Shown one piece after another: positions 1 through 8,111 of a DNA stretch of 34,444 nt; the first letter of the stretch is position 1, and every line of letters starts with the position of its first letter. The stretch is from positions 64,854 through 99,297 of the forward strand of contig CAZERT010000001.1 of NCBI GenBank assembly GCA_964515515.1, in the 5' to 3' direction. Under the pieces are notes generated by a model. That model was not told the origin of the DNA and did no database searches. It saw only the letters and a list, made by a program, of their open reading frames with translations. The position numbers were made by a program, and so were the translations under genes. The DNA is from an uncultured Gammaproteobacteria bacterium. Its GTDB lineage: Bacteria > Patescibacteriota > Microgenomatia > UBA10105 > UBA927.

Positions 1-675
1 GGTATTTTGAGGTATTGGTGTATTTGAAGGAACTGGGGTATTATAAGGAGCTTTCGTTGATGTTGGCAATCCGGATCTACAACATCTTCTACCATATCCG
101 CATCCCTCATCTGGAATCATAATGAGGTTTGATCCAGAACATAGTTGCGTGGTACATACTCCACCCCGATTTCCACATAAAATTTCACCATCAGTTGCTG
201 CTTTACTTCGTTGTTCCGTAAGTTGGCGTTGTTGGGAAATAAAGTAGATTCCAATCGGAAGGGTAATTAAAAGAATAAGGATTGTAGCAATAATAAGACC
301 GGTTTTTGATTTTTTCTTCCCTTGGGGAGGTGTGCCAGGAGGCGGTGTTCCCGGGATGGTGGGTGTTTGGGGGGGAGGCGCCGATGGGCTGCCAATAATA
401 ATATTCGTTCCCTGCGGAGGTGCTTGCGGTTTTGATGAATCCATGAGTGCATCGATTAAGGAGTTGAGGGAATTGGCATCGGTTGGTGATGACGTGGATG
501 GAACCGGTGTTGGCTCCGGTTCTTCGGAAACGATTTGGATATTGGAGGGCGGTTGAACCGAAGTAGCCGGTGGTTCAATTTGCACCGGTTCTGGTTTGTG
601 TTGATCCGATAAGGGTTCTGCCGTTTGTTTGGCAGCTTCATCAACAACCTGTTGGAATGGGTCAGCACTCGCCAT
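1..675 (-). CDS. Membrane-anchored Pro-rich protein with an extracellular six-cysteine module. Partial: the 3' end runs off the window and 225 codons are visible.
   Basis: Absent from the ORF track because it is open-ended. ATG at 675 (rc of cat 673-675) has TAGGAG about 9 nt upstream, and the frame stays open to nt 1. Translation starts MASADPFQQVVDEAAKQ. The N-region is Pro/Thr-rich, followed by KKKSK and a TM helix GLIIATILILLITLPIGIYFI (nt ~238-303). Next comes CGNRGGVCTTQLCSGSNLIMIPDEGCGYGRRCC (nt 79-177), then a Pro/Thr linker. Track ORFs 267..452(-), 456..668(-) and 332..556(+) are off-frame shadows of this gene. Confidence 0.6.
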   Translation of the reverse strand, partial: MASADPFQQVVDEAAKQTAEPLSDQHKPEPVQIEPPATSVQPPSNIQIVSEEPEPTPVPSTSSPTDANSLNSLIDALMDSSKPQAPPQGTNIIIGSPSAPPPQTPTIPGTPPPGTPPQGKKKSKTGLIIATILILLITLPIGIYFISQQRQLTEQRSKAATDGEILCGNRGGVCTTQLCSGSNLIMIPDEGCGYGRRCCRSGLPTSTKAPYNTPVPSNTPIPQNT

Positions 676-802
676 GAAAAATGACTCCTATTCCCAGCCT
701 ACATGAGTGTTTTGCATCCGTCAATATCATAATGTAAGAAAAATGCCGTACATCTCCATGGTCTGTTATGCTTGTTTTCCATCATGATGGAATAACGTTT
801 TA

Positions 803-1882
803 TTACCGGATAAAAAAGACATGTGTGAGCGCAATCGGTTGTTTGGTTTCATCGGTTGATGTTGCGGTTACCGTATGTTTTCCTGGAGAGAGATTGCGTT
901 GTGGGGTATAGAGAAAAATTCCACCCGCATCGCTTTCTACAACGGCAACTTCCGGTTTTTCCCCGGAGATCGTGATGGTTACTTCAGTGCGTGGCAGGGC
1001 GCTACCGCGGATTATCGGACGGGCAAGGGCAAGAGTGGATTGTTGTTTTGGCTGAAAGATCGTAAGTACCCCCGGTTTGGATTGGTCTGTTGTAACTTCA
1101 TCGGAAACACCCAACACCTGTGTTGTATCGACCTGTTGTTGAGGAGGTTCAGACGTTGGCTGTATTGCTTGTACCTTGGTAAAATCCTTTGTTTCCCCAG
1201 GGGAAAAATTTGGCACAGGTGATGCAGCATCTGTTGTTGTGATTATGGATGTTTCAGGATGACCAAGGAGTGTAATTGATATTTTTTTGGCACTTGCTGC
1301 GGAAAGGCGTGTTTGCAGTGAAGCCGTTCGGGCAGAGGAAAGCGGGATAACCCAGGATCCGGATGATTTGATTTGGGCAACTAGTGTTTGCCCGCCTTCC
1401 GGGGTCAATACGATACAATCATCACCCATATCAAGAGAATCAGAAACAACAGTTCCAAACGCCGGTTGAAGATCCGTATACTCATCAGTAATTATGGGTG
1501 CCGTTATAATCGGACCGGTTTCCAGGGGAAATTTTATTCCATCTGACACGATGCTTGCATCGTATTTGGTTTTGGGTAGGAGCGATGAGAATGTGACCGC
1601 GTGTGAACGGTGTGGGGAAATTCCGCGAATATCCCGGCTATCGTAGCCAACCTGTTTTGTCCCATCAGGTCCTGAAAGATATACCATCCCTGTAGCGGGG
1701 TCTTGGGTTTTCCAGATAATAGTAAGGGACGAGTCGGAAATATTTGCCACCAATACTGATTGTGGTTCAACTGCTTTGGAAGCTCGGGTTGTGGTCCGTG
1801 TAGCAAGTTCAAGGCTAACCCCAATAACTCCGATAAGAAAAAGAATAACAAATATACCGATAGGTACGGGTATGCGTTTCAT
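803..1882 (-). CDS. Signal-anchored surface protein with an FN3-like domain and a C-terminal Ig/Big-like beta domain
   Basis: I moved the start to ATG 1882 (MKRIPVPIGIFVILFLIGVIGV, a signal anchor), because the track start at 1939 would overlap the upstream ORF. FN3-like segment: SLTIIWKTQDPATGMVYL...HAVTFSSLLPKTKYDASI. C-terminal Ig-like segment: TEVTITISGEKPEVAVVESDAGGIFLYTPQRNLSPGKHTVTATS. Confidence 0.7.
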   Translation of the reverse strand: MKRIPVPIGIFVILFLIGVIGVSLELATRTTTRASKAVEPQSVLVANISDSSLTIIWKTQDPATGMVYLSGPDGTKQVGYDSRDIRGISPHRSHAVTFSSLLPKTKYDASIVSDGIKFPLETGPIITAPIITDEYTDLQPAFGTVVSDSLDMGDDCIVLTPEGGQTLVAQIKSSGSWVIPLSSARTASLQTRLSAASAKKISITLLGHPETSIITTTDAASPVPNFSPGETKDFTKVQAIQPTSEPPQQQVDTTQVLGVSDEVTTDQSKPGVLTIFQPKQQSTLALARPIIRGSALPRTEVTITISGEKPEVAVVESDAGGIFLYTPQRNLSPGKHTVTATSTDETKQPIALTHVFFIR

Positions 1883-1895
1883 GGATATCTTGGGA

Positions 1896-2087
1896 TTATT
1901 GACGCCGTAATTCCAGTACATCCAGTGTAACAGTATCAATTGACGGTGTTAAGGGTTTGATGATTTCCTGGGTATGTGCCGTAACGGTTGATGTTTTGGT
2001 TGTTTTTGTCAGTTCAAACACAATCCAGAGTGCAACAGTAATAAAAGTAAACATTGATATCAAAAAAATGTCCTTATCTGTTTTCAT
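1896..2087 (-). CDS. Small single-pass membrane protein (63 aa), tightly coupled within the pilN/pilO-like operon
   Basis: The start lies 2 nt after the pilO-like stop. It has one TM helix (FLISMFTFITVALWIVF) and a short Thr-rich tail. I recognise no family. Confidence 0.5.
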   Translation of the reverse strand: MKTDKDIFLISMFTFITVALWIVFELTKTTKTSTVTAHTQEIIKPLTPSIDTVTLDVLELRRQ

Positions 2088-2089
2088 GG

Positions 2090-2752
2090 CTATTTATTCT
2101 CCCAATATAATGTATGCATACGGGCTGTTACTGTAAGATATGGTTGTATTTGCGTGATTTGGGTTTTTGGCTCCTGATCGGGTGCCTCCCCTTGTTCTAT
2201 TGTGAGCAAATCAACGGATCCAAGTCGTCGGAGCTGGGAAAGAATATCAAAAAACTGTTTGAGGCTTGGGTATGTCCCGGATATCGTAAAAGTTATTGCG
2301 ATGGGTTTGGGTTTTGATATTGACGGTTTATTTTCTCCCGGCAGAACCTCTATGGCAATGGGTGATGATGACACTTGTGTTGCTGAAATTGTTGCGCCTG
2401 TTTCTTTTGCTAATTCGCGCATGCGTATAAGATAGGGGAATACATTAGGATCTTTGGGGATTGCTTCATTCAAAAGCGGTAACTTTGCCTGTATTGCTTC
2501 GTAGGCAGATTGTGCTTGAATGAGCGCATTGATTTTATCTTCCATTTTTTTATTGACTTGTGTCTTATCGGCAATTTCACGCCTCAGATAAAAAATCGTA
2601 TTGATGGTTGGCCGAATGGCATACCATCCAAACAGCGATATAACCATGAAGAAGAAGATGATGGTGGAATATAACCGGGTTTTCGGTTTTTCCATCATCG
2701 GCTCCAGCGATTGATAATAGCGTTTATAACGCCGTGAAAACGAGTCTTCCAT
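2090..2752 (-). CDS. pilO: PilO-like type IV pilus alignment-complex protein
   Basis: The ATG is 1 nt after the pilN-like stop. Architecture: short cytoplasmic N-terminus, TM (IIFFFMVISLFGWYAI), coiled coil (KKMEDKINALIQAQSAYEAIQAKL), then an alpha/beta C-domain (ITFTISGTYPSLKQFFDILSQLRRL) typical of PilO. The call rests on architecture and motifs only. Confidence 0.6.
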   Translation of the reverse strand: MEDSFSRRYKRYYQSLEPMMEKPKTRLYSTIIFFFMVISLFGWYAIRPTINTIFYLRREIADKTQVNKKMEDKINALIQAQSAYEAIQAKLPLLNEAIPKDPNVFPYLIRMRELAKETGATISATQVSSSPIAIEVLPGENKPSISKPKPIAITFTISGTYPSLKQFFDILSQLRRLGSVDLLTIEQGEAPDQEPKTQITQIQPYLTVTARMHTLYWENK

Positions 2753-2753
2753 A

Positions 2754-3290
2754 TTAGCGTTTATATACCCCAGAGAGAGAATACGTTATTCCCGTTTGAT
2801 CTTTGGCGATATCGTTGATTTGGACAGCGGTAAGCTCCCGAGTTGCGGATAAATTGACAAGAAGTTGATTGAAGCTTTCTACAGATAATGACGTCAGGTC
2901 TACCGTTATTCTGGTGTTTTGAAGTGTGCAGTTTTGGATAAACGTTCCCATTGGGATAATACGCTGAAGGGTGGTTAGCGACAGGACAGGAGTTGATTGA
3001 CTGGCCATGACTACCTTTGTTTCCAGAAGTTGTTGTTGGATAGAGCGGATGCGTTGTTCAAGGTCTTGGTTTACCTCCAGAATTTCCTGTTTTTGGGTGA
3101 TTTCTTCATTGAGATCGGTAAGTTTCCGGTCGAGCGCGAAGCGGGATATGAAGGTTCCCAGAACCACGATTTCCGTCAGGACCATGATGTACCGTCCGAA
3201 TGTAGCGATCCAATCCATGATCCGTCCGAATACGGACGTATCGGGGGCTTGGGATCCAAGCAGATTGATGGAGGATTGTTGGGCAGCCAT
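2754..3290 (-). CDS. pilN: PilN-like type IV pilus alignment-complex protein
   Basis: The N-terminal SINLLGS matches the conserved PilN INLL(P) peptide that binds PilM. It is followed by a TM (YIMVLTEIVVLGTFI), a coiled coil (KLTDLNEEITQKQEILEVNQDLEQRIRSIQQQLLE) and a beta-rich C-domain. Confidence 0.65.
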   Translation of the reverse strand: MAAQQSSINLLGSQAPDTSVFGRIMDWIATFGRYIMVLTEIVVLGTFISRFALDRKLTDLNEEITQKQEILEVNQDLEQRIRSIQQQLLETKVVMASQSTPVLSLTTLQRIIPMGTFIQNCTLQNTRITVDLTSLSVESFNQLLVNLSATRELTAVQINDIAKDQTGITYSLSGVYKR

Positions 3291-3302
3291 ACGAATATAT
3301 CC

Positions 3303-3332
3303 AGTATAAAACCATCACGGCTTCTGTTACAA
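3303..3332 (-). promoter_or_regulatory. Putative sigma70-type promoter for the pilN-like operon
   Basis: On the minus strand: TTGTAA (3327-3332), 18-nt spacer, TATACT (3303-3308), then 12 nt to the pilN ATG at 3290. No SD is present. Confidence 0.4.
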
Positions 3333-3344
3333 GAAGGGGTCTAA

Positions 3345-3584
3345 TTACTTGGACGCAAGTAATTTTGAAAGACGGGATTTTAACCGTGCCGCCGTATTTT
3401 TGTGGATGATTTTAAATTTTACGGCTTTATCGATGATGGAAACGGTTTGGGTAAGTGTTTTTGCCGATGGTTTGCTCCGATATGACTTTACCGCAGTGCG
3501 GAGTGTTTTGCGTTGTGTTGCGGTCCGTTTTGTGACCTTTCGGTCATGCTTTAATTTTTTCTTTGCACGTTTGATAATTGGCAT
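3345..3584 (-). CDS. rpsT: 30S ribosomal protein S20
   Basis: 79 aa and very basic: MPIIKRAKKKLKHDRKVTKRTA...HKNTAARLKSRLSKL. This is typical of S20. Confidence 0.95.
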   Translation of the reverse strand: MPIIKRAKKKLKHDRKVTKRTATQRKTLRTAVKSYRSKPSAKTLTQTVSIIDKAVKFKIIHKNTAARLKSRLSKLLASK

Positions 3585-3595
3585 AGTAGTTGATA

Positions 3596-3624
3596 AGTAT
3601 ACGTGATTGTCCCTAGCCGGTCAA
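3596..3624 (-). promoter_or_regulatory. Putative rpsT promoter giving a very short leader
   Basis: On the minus strand: TTGACC (3619-3624), 17-nt spacer, TATACT (3596-3601), then only 11 nt to the ATG at 3584. No SD is present. Confidence 0.55.
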
Positions 3625-5306
3625 GAACGGACTGGGATATAATGACCGTCGTGAGCCCTTTATCGACACTTCTGACAAAACAGCAAAAAACCGTCCGGTC
3701 GGCGGCGTATACCCTTATGTTTATGGTTCTTGCAAGCCGTATTTTGGGGCTTTTCCGGGATAGGTTGCTTGCATCCCGGTTTGATCCCGATACGCTTGGA
3801 ATCTACTTTGCGGCATTCCGGATTCCGAATTTTTTGTTTGAAATTTTAGTAACTGGGGCACTAACCTCGGCATTTATTCCGGTATTTACCAGGTTACTGC
3901 AAACAAATAGGGAACAGGATGCGTGGAAGATGTCTTCTGCACTTATTAGTATCTGCTCGATAGTACTTTTGGGTATTTCTATTCCCATGCTTGTATGGAC
4001 AGAACCGCTCTCCAGACTGCTTGCTCCGGGGTTCTCCGATGCCCAAATTATACAAATGAGCCAATTCACGAAATTTATCATTGTCGCGCAAGTTCTTCCG
4101 CTTCTCATCGGGAATTTTTTTACGGGAATTTTACAGTCCTACAATATGTTTCTTATTCCGGCAATTGCCCCCGTTGTCTATAACATCGGTATTATTGTGG
4201 GTATTGTGTGTGGGACAGAGCGGTTTGGTTTGTGGGCTCCGGTCTATGGTGTGGGTCTTGGGGCGGTGTTTTTTATGTTGATCCAGATTCCGTCGCTTGT
4301 GCGGTTTGGATTCCGCTACCATCCGTTTGCATCATTTAAAAGCGAAGGGGTAAAGGATGTGTTTGCACTCATGGCTCCCAGAACCGTTGGCCTTGCCGTT
4401 TCCCAGATAGATACAACAGTAGACCTTATGTTGTCGTCCACGCTTGGCGCCAGGATGGTCACAGTATTTCATTTTGCACAACATCTTCAGCAACTACCGG
4501 TGGGATTGTTTGGGGCAACTGTTGCTCAAGCTGCTTTTCCGCTTCTTTCGGCAAGCGCGGCAAAAAAAGATAAAGAAGGATTTATGAAGACCATATATTC
4601 TGCTATGAATCAGATCTGTTTTTATATTCTTCCGATTTCCGTTTTATTTTTGGTGCTTCGTATTCCGATAGTCCGGCTGGTGTTTGGTGCGGCGCAATAT
4701 GATTGGAACGCAACTGTGTTAACAGGCTTAACATTGTCATTTTTTGCCATATCCCTTGCTGCACAATCTGCGACACAGGTATTTACCCGGGCGTTTTATG
4801 CGCAATACAACACAAAAACACCGGTGATGGTTAGTATTGGATCAATTGCCCTTAATACACTCTTATCTATCGTATTTATTCATTTTTTTCATTTTCCCGT
4901 CTGGTCTCTTGGACTATCCACGAGTATTGCCAGCATACTGCACGCAATAACACTTACCATCCTGTTAAAACGAACGTATGGGGAATTTTCATTGCGGCAC
5001 CTGTTTGATGGTCCGATACGGATGCTTCTTGCTTCTGTCCTTATGGGTATTGCCCTGTGGATTCCTGTAAAGTTATTTGATCAGCTGGTCTTTGATACAA
5101 CCCGCACGGTTGGTCTTTTATTGCTTACCGGGCTAAGTTCGGGTATCGGGCTTGGGGTGTATCTGTATTTTGTGTGGCTGCTTGATGTTTCTGAAGCCCG
5201 GACATTCCTTTTTTATATCCAAAAATTCCGCCATCCACGGTTGTTATTTATTGAGCCCGCATCGGAAGTTGTTGCCAATGGGAATCAGGATGCCCCAATA
5301 GCGTAG
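3603..5306 (+). CDS. murJ: Lipid II flippase MurJ (MviN family)
   Basis: Polytopic membrane protein. The N-terminal LASRILGLFRDRLLASRFD matches the MurJ/MviN signature. The start is ambiguous: GTG 3603, ATG 3642 or GTG 3651. Confidence 0.9.
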   Translation: MIVPSRSRTDWDIMTVVSPLSTLLTKQQKTVRSAAYTLMFMVLASRILGLFRDRLLASRFDPDTLGIYFAAFRIPNFLFEILVTGALTSAFIPVFTRLLQTNREQDAWKMSSALISICSIVLLGISIPMLVWTEPLSRLLAPGFSDAQIIQMSQFTKFIIVAQVLPLLIGNFFTGILQSYNMFLIPAIAPVVYNIGIIVGIVCGTERFGLWAPVYGVGLGAVFFMLIQIPSLVRFGFRYHPFASFKSEGVKDVFALMAPRTVGLAVSQIDTTVDLMLSSTLGARMVTVFHFAQHLQQLPVGLFGATVAQAAFPLLSASAAKKDKEGFMKTIYSAMNQICFYILPISVLFLVLRIPIVRLVFGAAQYDWNATVLTGLTLSFFAISLAAQSATQVFTRAFYAQYNTKTPVMVSIGSIALNTLLSIVFIHFFHFPVWSLGLSTSIASILHAITLTILLKRTYGEFSLRHLFDGPIRMLLASVLMGIALWIPVKLFDQLVFDTTRTVGLLLLTGLSSGIGLGVYLYFVWLLDVSEARTFLFYIQKFRHPRLLFIEPASEVVANGNQDAPIA

Positions 5307-5313
5307 GATTGTT

Positions 5314-6639
5314 TTAGTTGTAAATGAGGACAGGTGTTCCAATATCGGCAAAATTGTAAACCTGTTTTGCTGCACCAACATCAAGTGCGACACATCCACC
5401 GGTATGCGGAGATCCGATAAAATCACTTGGACGCTGATGTTTTTTTCCATCTGCAGACAACCAATATGGAAGTTCATGAATGCCAAGCGATGCTCCCACC
5501 ACAGGATGAACATAAAATCCCATCCACCACGGCATGAAGACGTTGTATATTTTTGAAAACGCATTGGGTGCCTTGTTCATGATTGCATACCTGCCGGGAG
5601 GCGTTGGGAAGTCAAGACCCGAGGAAATGGGATACGTTTTCGTGAGTTCCCCTTTTGAAAATAAATACATCTTCTGCTGCGAAAGGTCGATTTCGATGTA
5701 TTTTTGTGCAAGTGACCCATCGGTATTGGGACTGTCATAAATAACAAATGTCATGCTATGGTCATCTTTTCCCTCAAATCGATGTTTTAACAAGATATAG
5801 AGATTGCGGGTAAAGGAAAGGATGGTATTCTGCTGCGGAGAGACAACAGTATTGCGGGAAAGAATTGATTCGATGGCATCAGGAAGGGCAGAATAGGAAA
5901 TCGTTTGGAATGCATCGTCGGGAATAATGGAAACAATACTGCGCAGTTCCTCCGGGGAAATGACAAACGAAGTATCAGCTTTTTGTGGTTGTTGAAGGAC
6001 AACGGTTACGGGGAGGGAAAAAACAACGGCAAGTTTTTCATTGAGTGTTTCAATGGAGATAATTTCCGGTCGTTTTTCTTCCTGGAGAATAACGGGTATT
6101 GTGGTAATGGTGTTGCCGAAATTTTTTGCAATATCACCAAGCAGTGTTGCTTCATCAATTTTTTGTCGATATTCCGGGATTTGAGGAATAAGTTTTTTGT
6201 TGACATTGTCTATCTGTACGATACTTTGCTGACTTGGTTGGTTTGCAACAAGTGCCGCAAGGGTCGTTGGAAATGAATCCGAGAGGGAAATCACTGGGGA
6301 TACATGCCGGCCAAACAAGAGCGTTGAATAGAAAGCGTAGAGCTTAGGAAGAAAAGGAAGTGAATTGGGAGCAAACACTTCATGAGCTGTTTGTGGCATA
6401 TCGATGGTAATGCCAAGCTCCTGTGGTTTTTTTGAGATGATGGTACCGTTAATGTTTAACGAAAGAGGTGTGTGTATGAGCCTTTCCATCGTATGGGTAA
6501 TGTGTGTTTGGTTGGCTCCACCAATGGGTATTGAGCCCAGATACGTATTGGGGAATACGATTGTAAGAAGCTGTTGGGACACCATGACCGCTACTCCATA
6601 CGCAACACAGGCAGCGATAATTTTTCCATACCGTTTCAT
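5314..6639 (-). CDS. Membrane-anchored L,D-transpeptidase (YkuD domain)
   Basis: N-terminal anchor: IIAACVAYGVAVMV. The C-terminal YkuD domain runs YIEIDLSQQKMYLF...GIHELPYW...IGSPHTGGCVAL, containing the catalytic His and Cys motif. The start overlaps the upstream GH gene's stop by 4 nt. Confidence 0.85.
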   Translation of the reverse strand: MKRYGKIIAACVAYGVAVMVSQQLLTIVFPNTYLGSIPIGGANQTHITHTMERLIHTPLSLNINGTIISKKPQELGITIDMPQTAHEVFAPNSLPFLPKLYAFYSTLLFGRHVSPVISLSDSFPTTLAALVANQPSQQSIVQIDNVNKKLIPQIPEYRQKIDEATLLGDIAKNFGNTITTIPVILQEEKRPEIISIETLNEKLAVVFSLPVTVVLQQPQKADTSFVISPEELRSIVSIIPDDAFQTISYSALPDAIESILSRNTVVSPQQNTILSFTRNLYILLKHRFEGKDDHSMTFVIYDSPNTDGSLAQKYIEIDLSQQKMYLFSKGELTKTYPISSGLDFPTPPGRYAIMNKAPNAFSKIYNVFMPWWMGFYVHPVVGASLGIHELPYWLSADGKKHQRPSDFIGSPHTGGCVALDVGAAKQVYNFADIGTPVLIYN

Positions 6640-8051
6640 TGGGTTTTCGTAAGTTCCATTATCGCAACACCGTTGGTTGCCAACCGTAATGTCCGTGTAA
6701 GCGGCTCCGTTTGGCCAACTGTAATGGTGGAGGGTGCTTCCGATCCGATTCCATATCTTTTAACCGTGATAGTGTATGTTCCCGGGGAAAGATTTTGTAT
6801 CGTAATTGGTACAAACTCTTCTCGTTTTCCGTTGTACGGATCAAAATTTACAAGAAGGATTTTTGTCGTGAGTCCGTTTTTTGTCGCAAACCCACCAACC
6901 CATGTCCCTTCACCACTCAGGGGGAGGCGATTGCCTTTCATTTGGTCAAGGAATGCATAGATGCCGTAGCGGGGCTTTTTCCCCTTTCCTGCTGATTCGT
7001 GTTTTATCAGGCCCCACCCGGCTCCCTCTGTTTGATGTGGACCGTCTTTGATTTGGAAGGAAAAAAGATACGTAGGGCCAGCGCTCATAAGATTGGAGAT
7101 TGTTGCTGCCGTATGGGCTGCAGCATAGATGGTGCCATAGCGGACGTCTTTTGCTCCGGTAAAACCAAATTCAGAAATCAGGAGTGGTTTTCCGAAATGC
7201 CGAGCATAGGGAAGAAGCCAGGAAACAATATTTTTCTGATCTTGGGAAAATCTATCAGGTTCGGGAAGATAGGAGTGCCAGGAGAAAAAATCAACCCTCA
7301 TTCCGGAAGATGCCAACGCAATAATCCAATTTTTATACAGTCCTGTCGTCGCGGGGCCGCCAAAGAAAAATCTATTGCAATTTTGCGTCTGGTTGGCACC
7401 TTGGGCAGCATAGCGGTATAGCGTCATATAATTTTTTTCCCCGGAAAGTTTCCAGGATCCAAATTGGGCAAGATCGGGTTCATTCCAGACTTCATAATAG
7501 ACTCCGGAGATATTTTTTTCCGACGTGCCGCTATAATGTTCAATTGTTCGGCGCACAACAGAAGCCCAATCATTCCAGTCCCGTGGTGGGGAAATAAGGC
7601 TGCCATCCTGGGAAATGGATGGAGGCATATAGGAAAGAGCCAACACGGGTTTTGCTCCTGTTGCAAGAATCGTAGCAACAGCCGCATCAAGTCTGGAAAA
7701 ATCATACGTTAATCCGGATCCTGATCCTGAGACCACCTGATAGCTATCGTATATATGGTCCAGACGGATCAGCTTTGGTGATAAGGCTTTGGTTTCGGCA
7801 AGAACCGGGGCGAGCATATCGGTTTGTTCTTCCCCGCCTTGGGCAAATGCATGGTAAAAGTCCGTTGAAATGGGGGAGAGCTCGACCCCTGCATCAATAC
7901 GAATATTTGCCGGAAATCCAACTGCCCGGGTAACGAGTTGGTATGTGCGCATGGCTCCGATAACCAGCAGGGGAAGCATCACAAAGAGTGCAACCGTCAC
8001 AAAGACGTTTTTTGTTCGCGGTGTGATCGGTCTATCTAGATGGAGTGACAT
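6636..8051 (-). CDS. Membrane-anchored clan GH-A glycoside hydrolase (GH39/GH5-like, PslG-like topology) with a C-terminal beta-sandwich
   Basis: Acid/base motif YYEVWNEPD and nucleophile motif LLISEFG are present, along with FFSWHSY. N-terminal TM: VFVTVALFVMLPLLVIGAM. I chose ATG 8051 (MSLHLDRP...) because a promoter-like TTGCCA-17-AATAAT sits 6 nt upstream. The track's TTG 8090 is the alternative start. Confidence 0.8.
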   Translation of the reverse strand: MSLHLDRPITPRTKNVFVTVALFVMLPLLVIGAMRTYQLVTRAVGFPANIRIDAGVELSPISTDFYHAFAQGGEEQTDMLAPVLAETKALSPKLIRLDHIYDSYQVVSGSGSGLTYDFSRLDAAVATILATGAKPVLALSYMPPSISQDGSLISPPRDWNDWASVVRRTIEHYSGTSEKNISGVYYEVWNEPDLAQFGSWKLSGEKNYMTLYRYAAQGANQTQNCNRFFFGGPATTGLYKNWIIALASSGMRVDFFSWHSYLPEPDRFSQDQKNIVSWLLPYARHFGKPLLISEFGFTGAKDVRYGTIYAAAHTAATISNLMSAGPTYLFSFQIKDGPHQTEGAGWGLIKHESAGKGKKPRYGIYAFLDQMKGNRLPLSGEGTWVGGFATKNGLTTKILLVNFDPYNGKREEFVPITIQNLSPGTYTITVKRYGIGSEAPSTITVGQTEPLTRTLRLATNGVAIMELTKTQ

Positions 8052-8057
8052 ATATCT

Positions 8058-8086
8058 ATTATTGGTGAAGATGGGGCGTTTGGCAA
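8058..8086 (-). promoter_or_regulatory. Putative promoter for the GH gene, with a leaderless configuration
   Basis: On the minus strand: TTGCCA (8081-8086), 17-nt spacer, AATAAT (8058-8063), 6 nt, then ATG (8051). Confidence 0.45.
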
Positions 8087-8111
8087 TCAAGAGGATTATT
8101 AAATCCAGGTC

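Noticed and set aside
267-668. Track ORFs 267..452(-), 456..668(-) and 332..556(+)
   Set aside because: All lie inside, and out of frame with, the longer open-ended minus-strand ORF 1..675. That ORF has an SD, a TM helix and coherent domain structure. These ORFs translate to Arg/His/Pro-rich nonsense typical of shadow frames.
779-790. Perfect 12-bp palindrome CCATCATGATGG just downstream of the FN3 gene stop
   Set aside because: It has no loop, so it is not a terminator hairpin, and it is followed by no T-tract. A single short palindrome with no second copy is insufficient to call an operator.
3638-3644. TATAATG arrangements in which a perfect -10 hexamer overlaps the annotated ATG (murJ 3638-3644; dehydrogenase 27972-27978)
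   Set aside because: A -10 element cannot serve an ATG that it overlaps. It might instead point to downstream starts (GTG 3651; ATG 28003). No -35 or extended -10 supports this, so I left it as start-site ambiguity rather than calling promoters.
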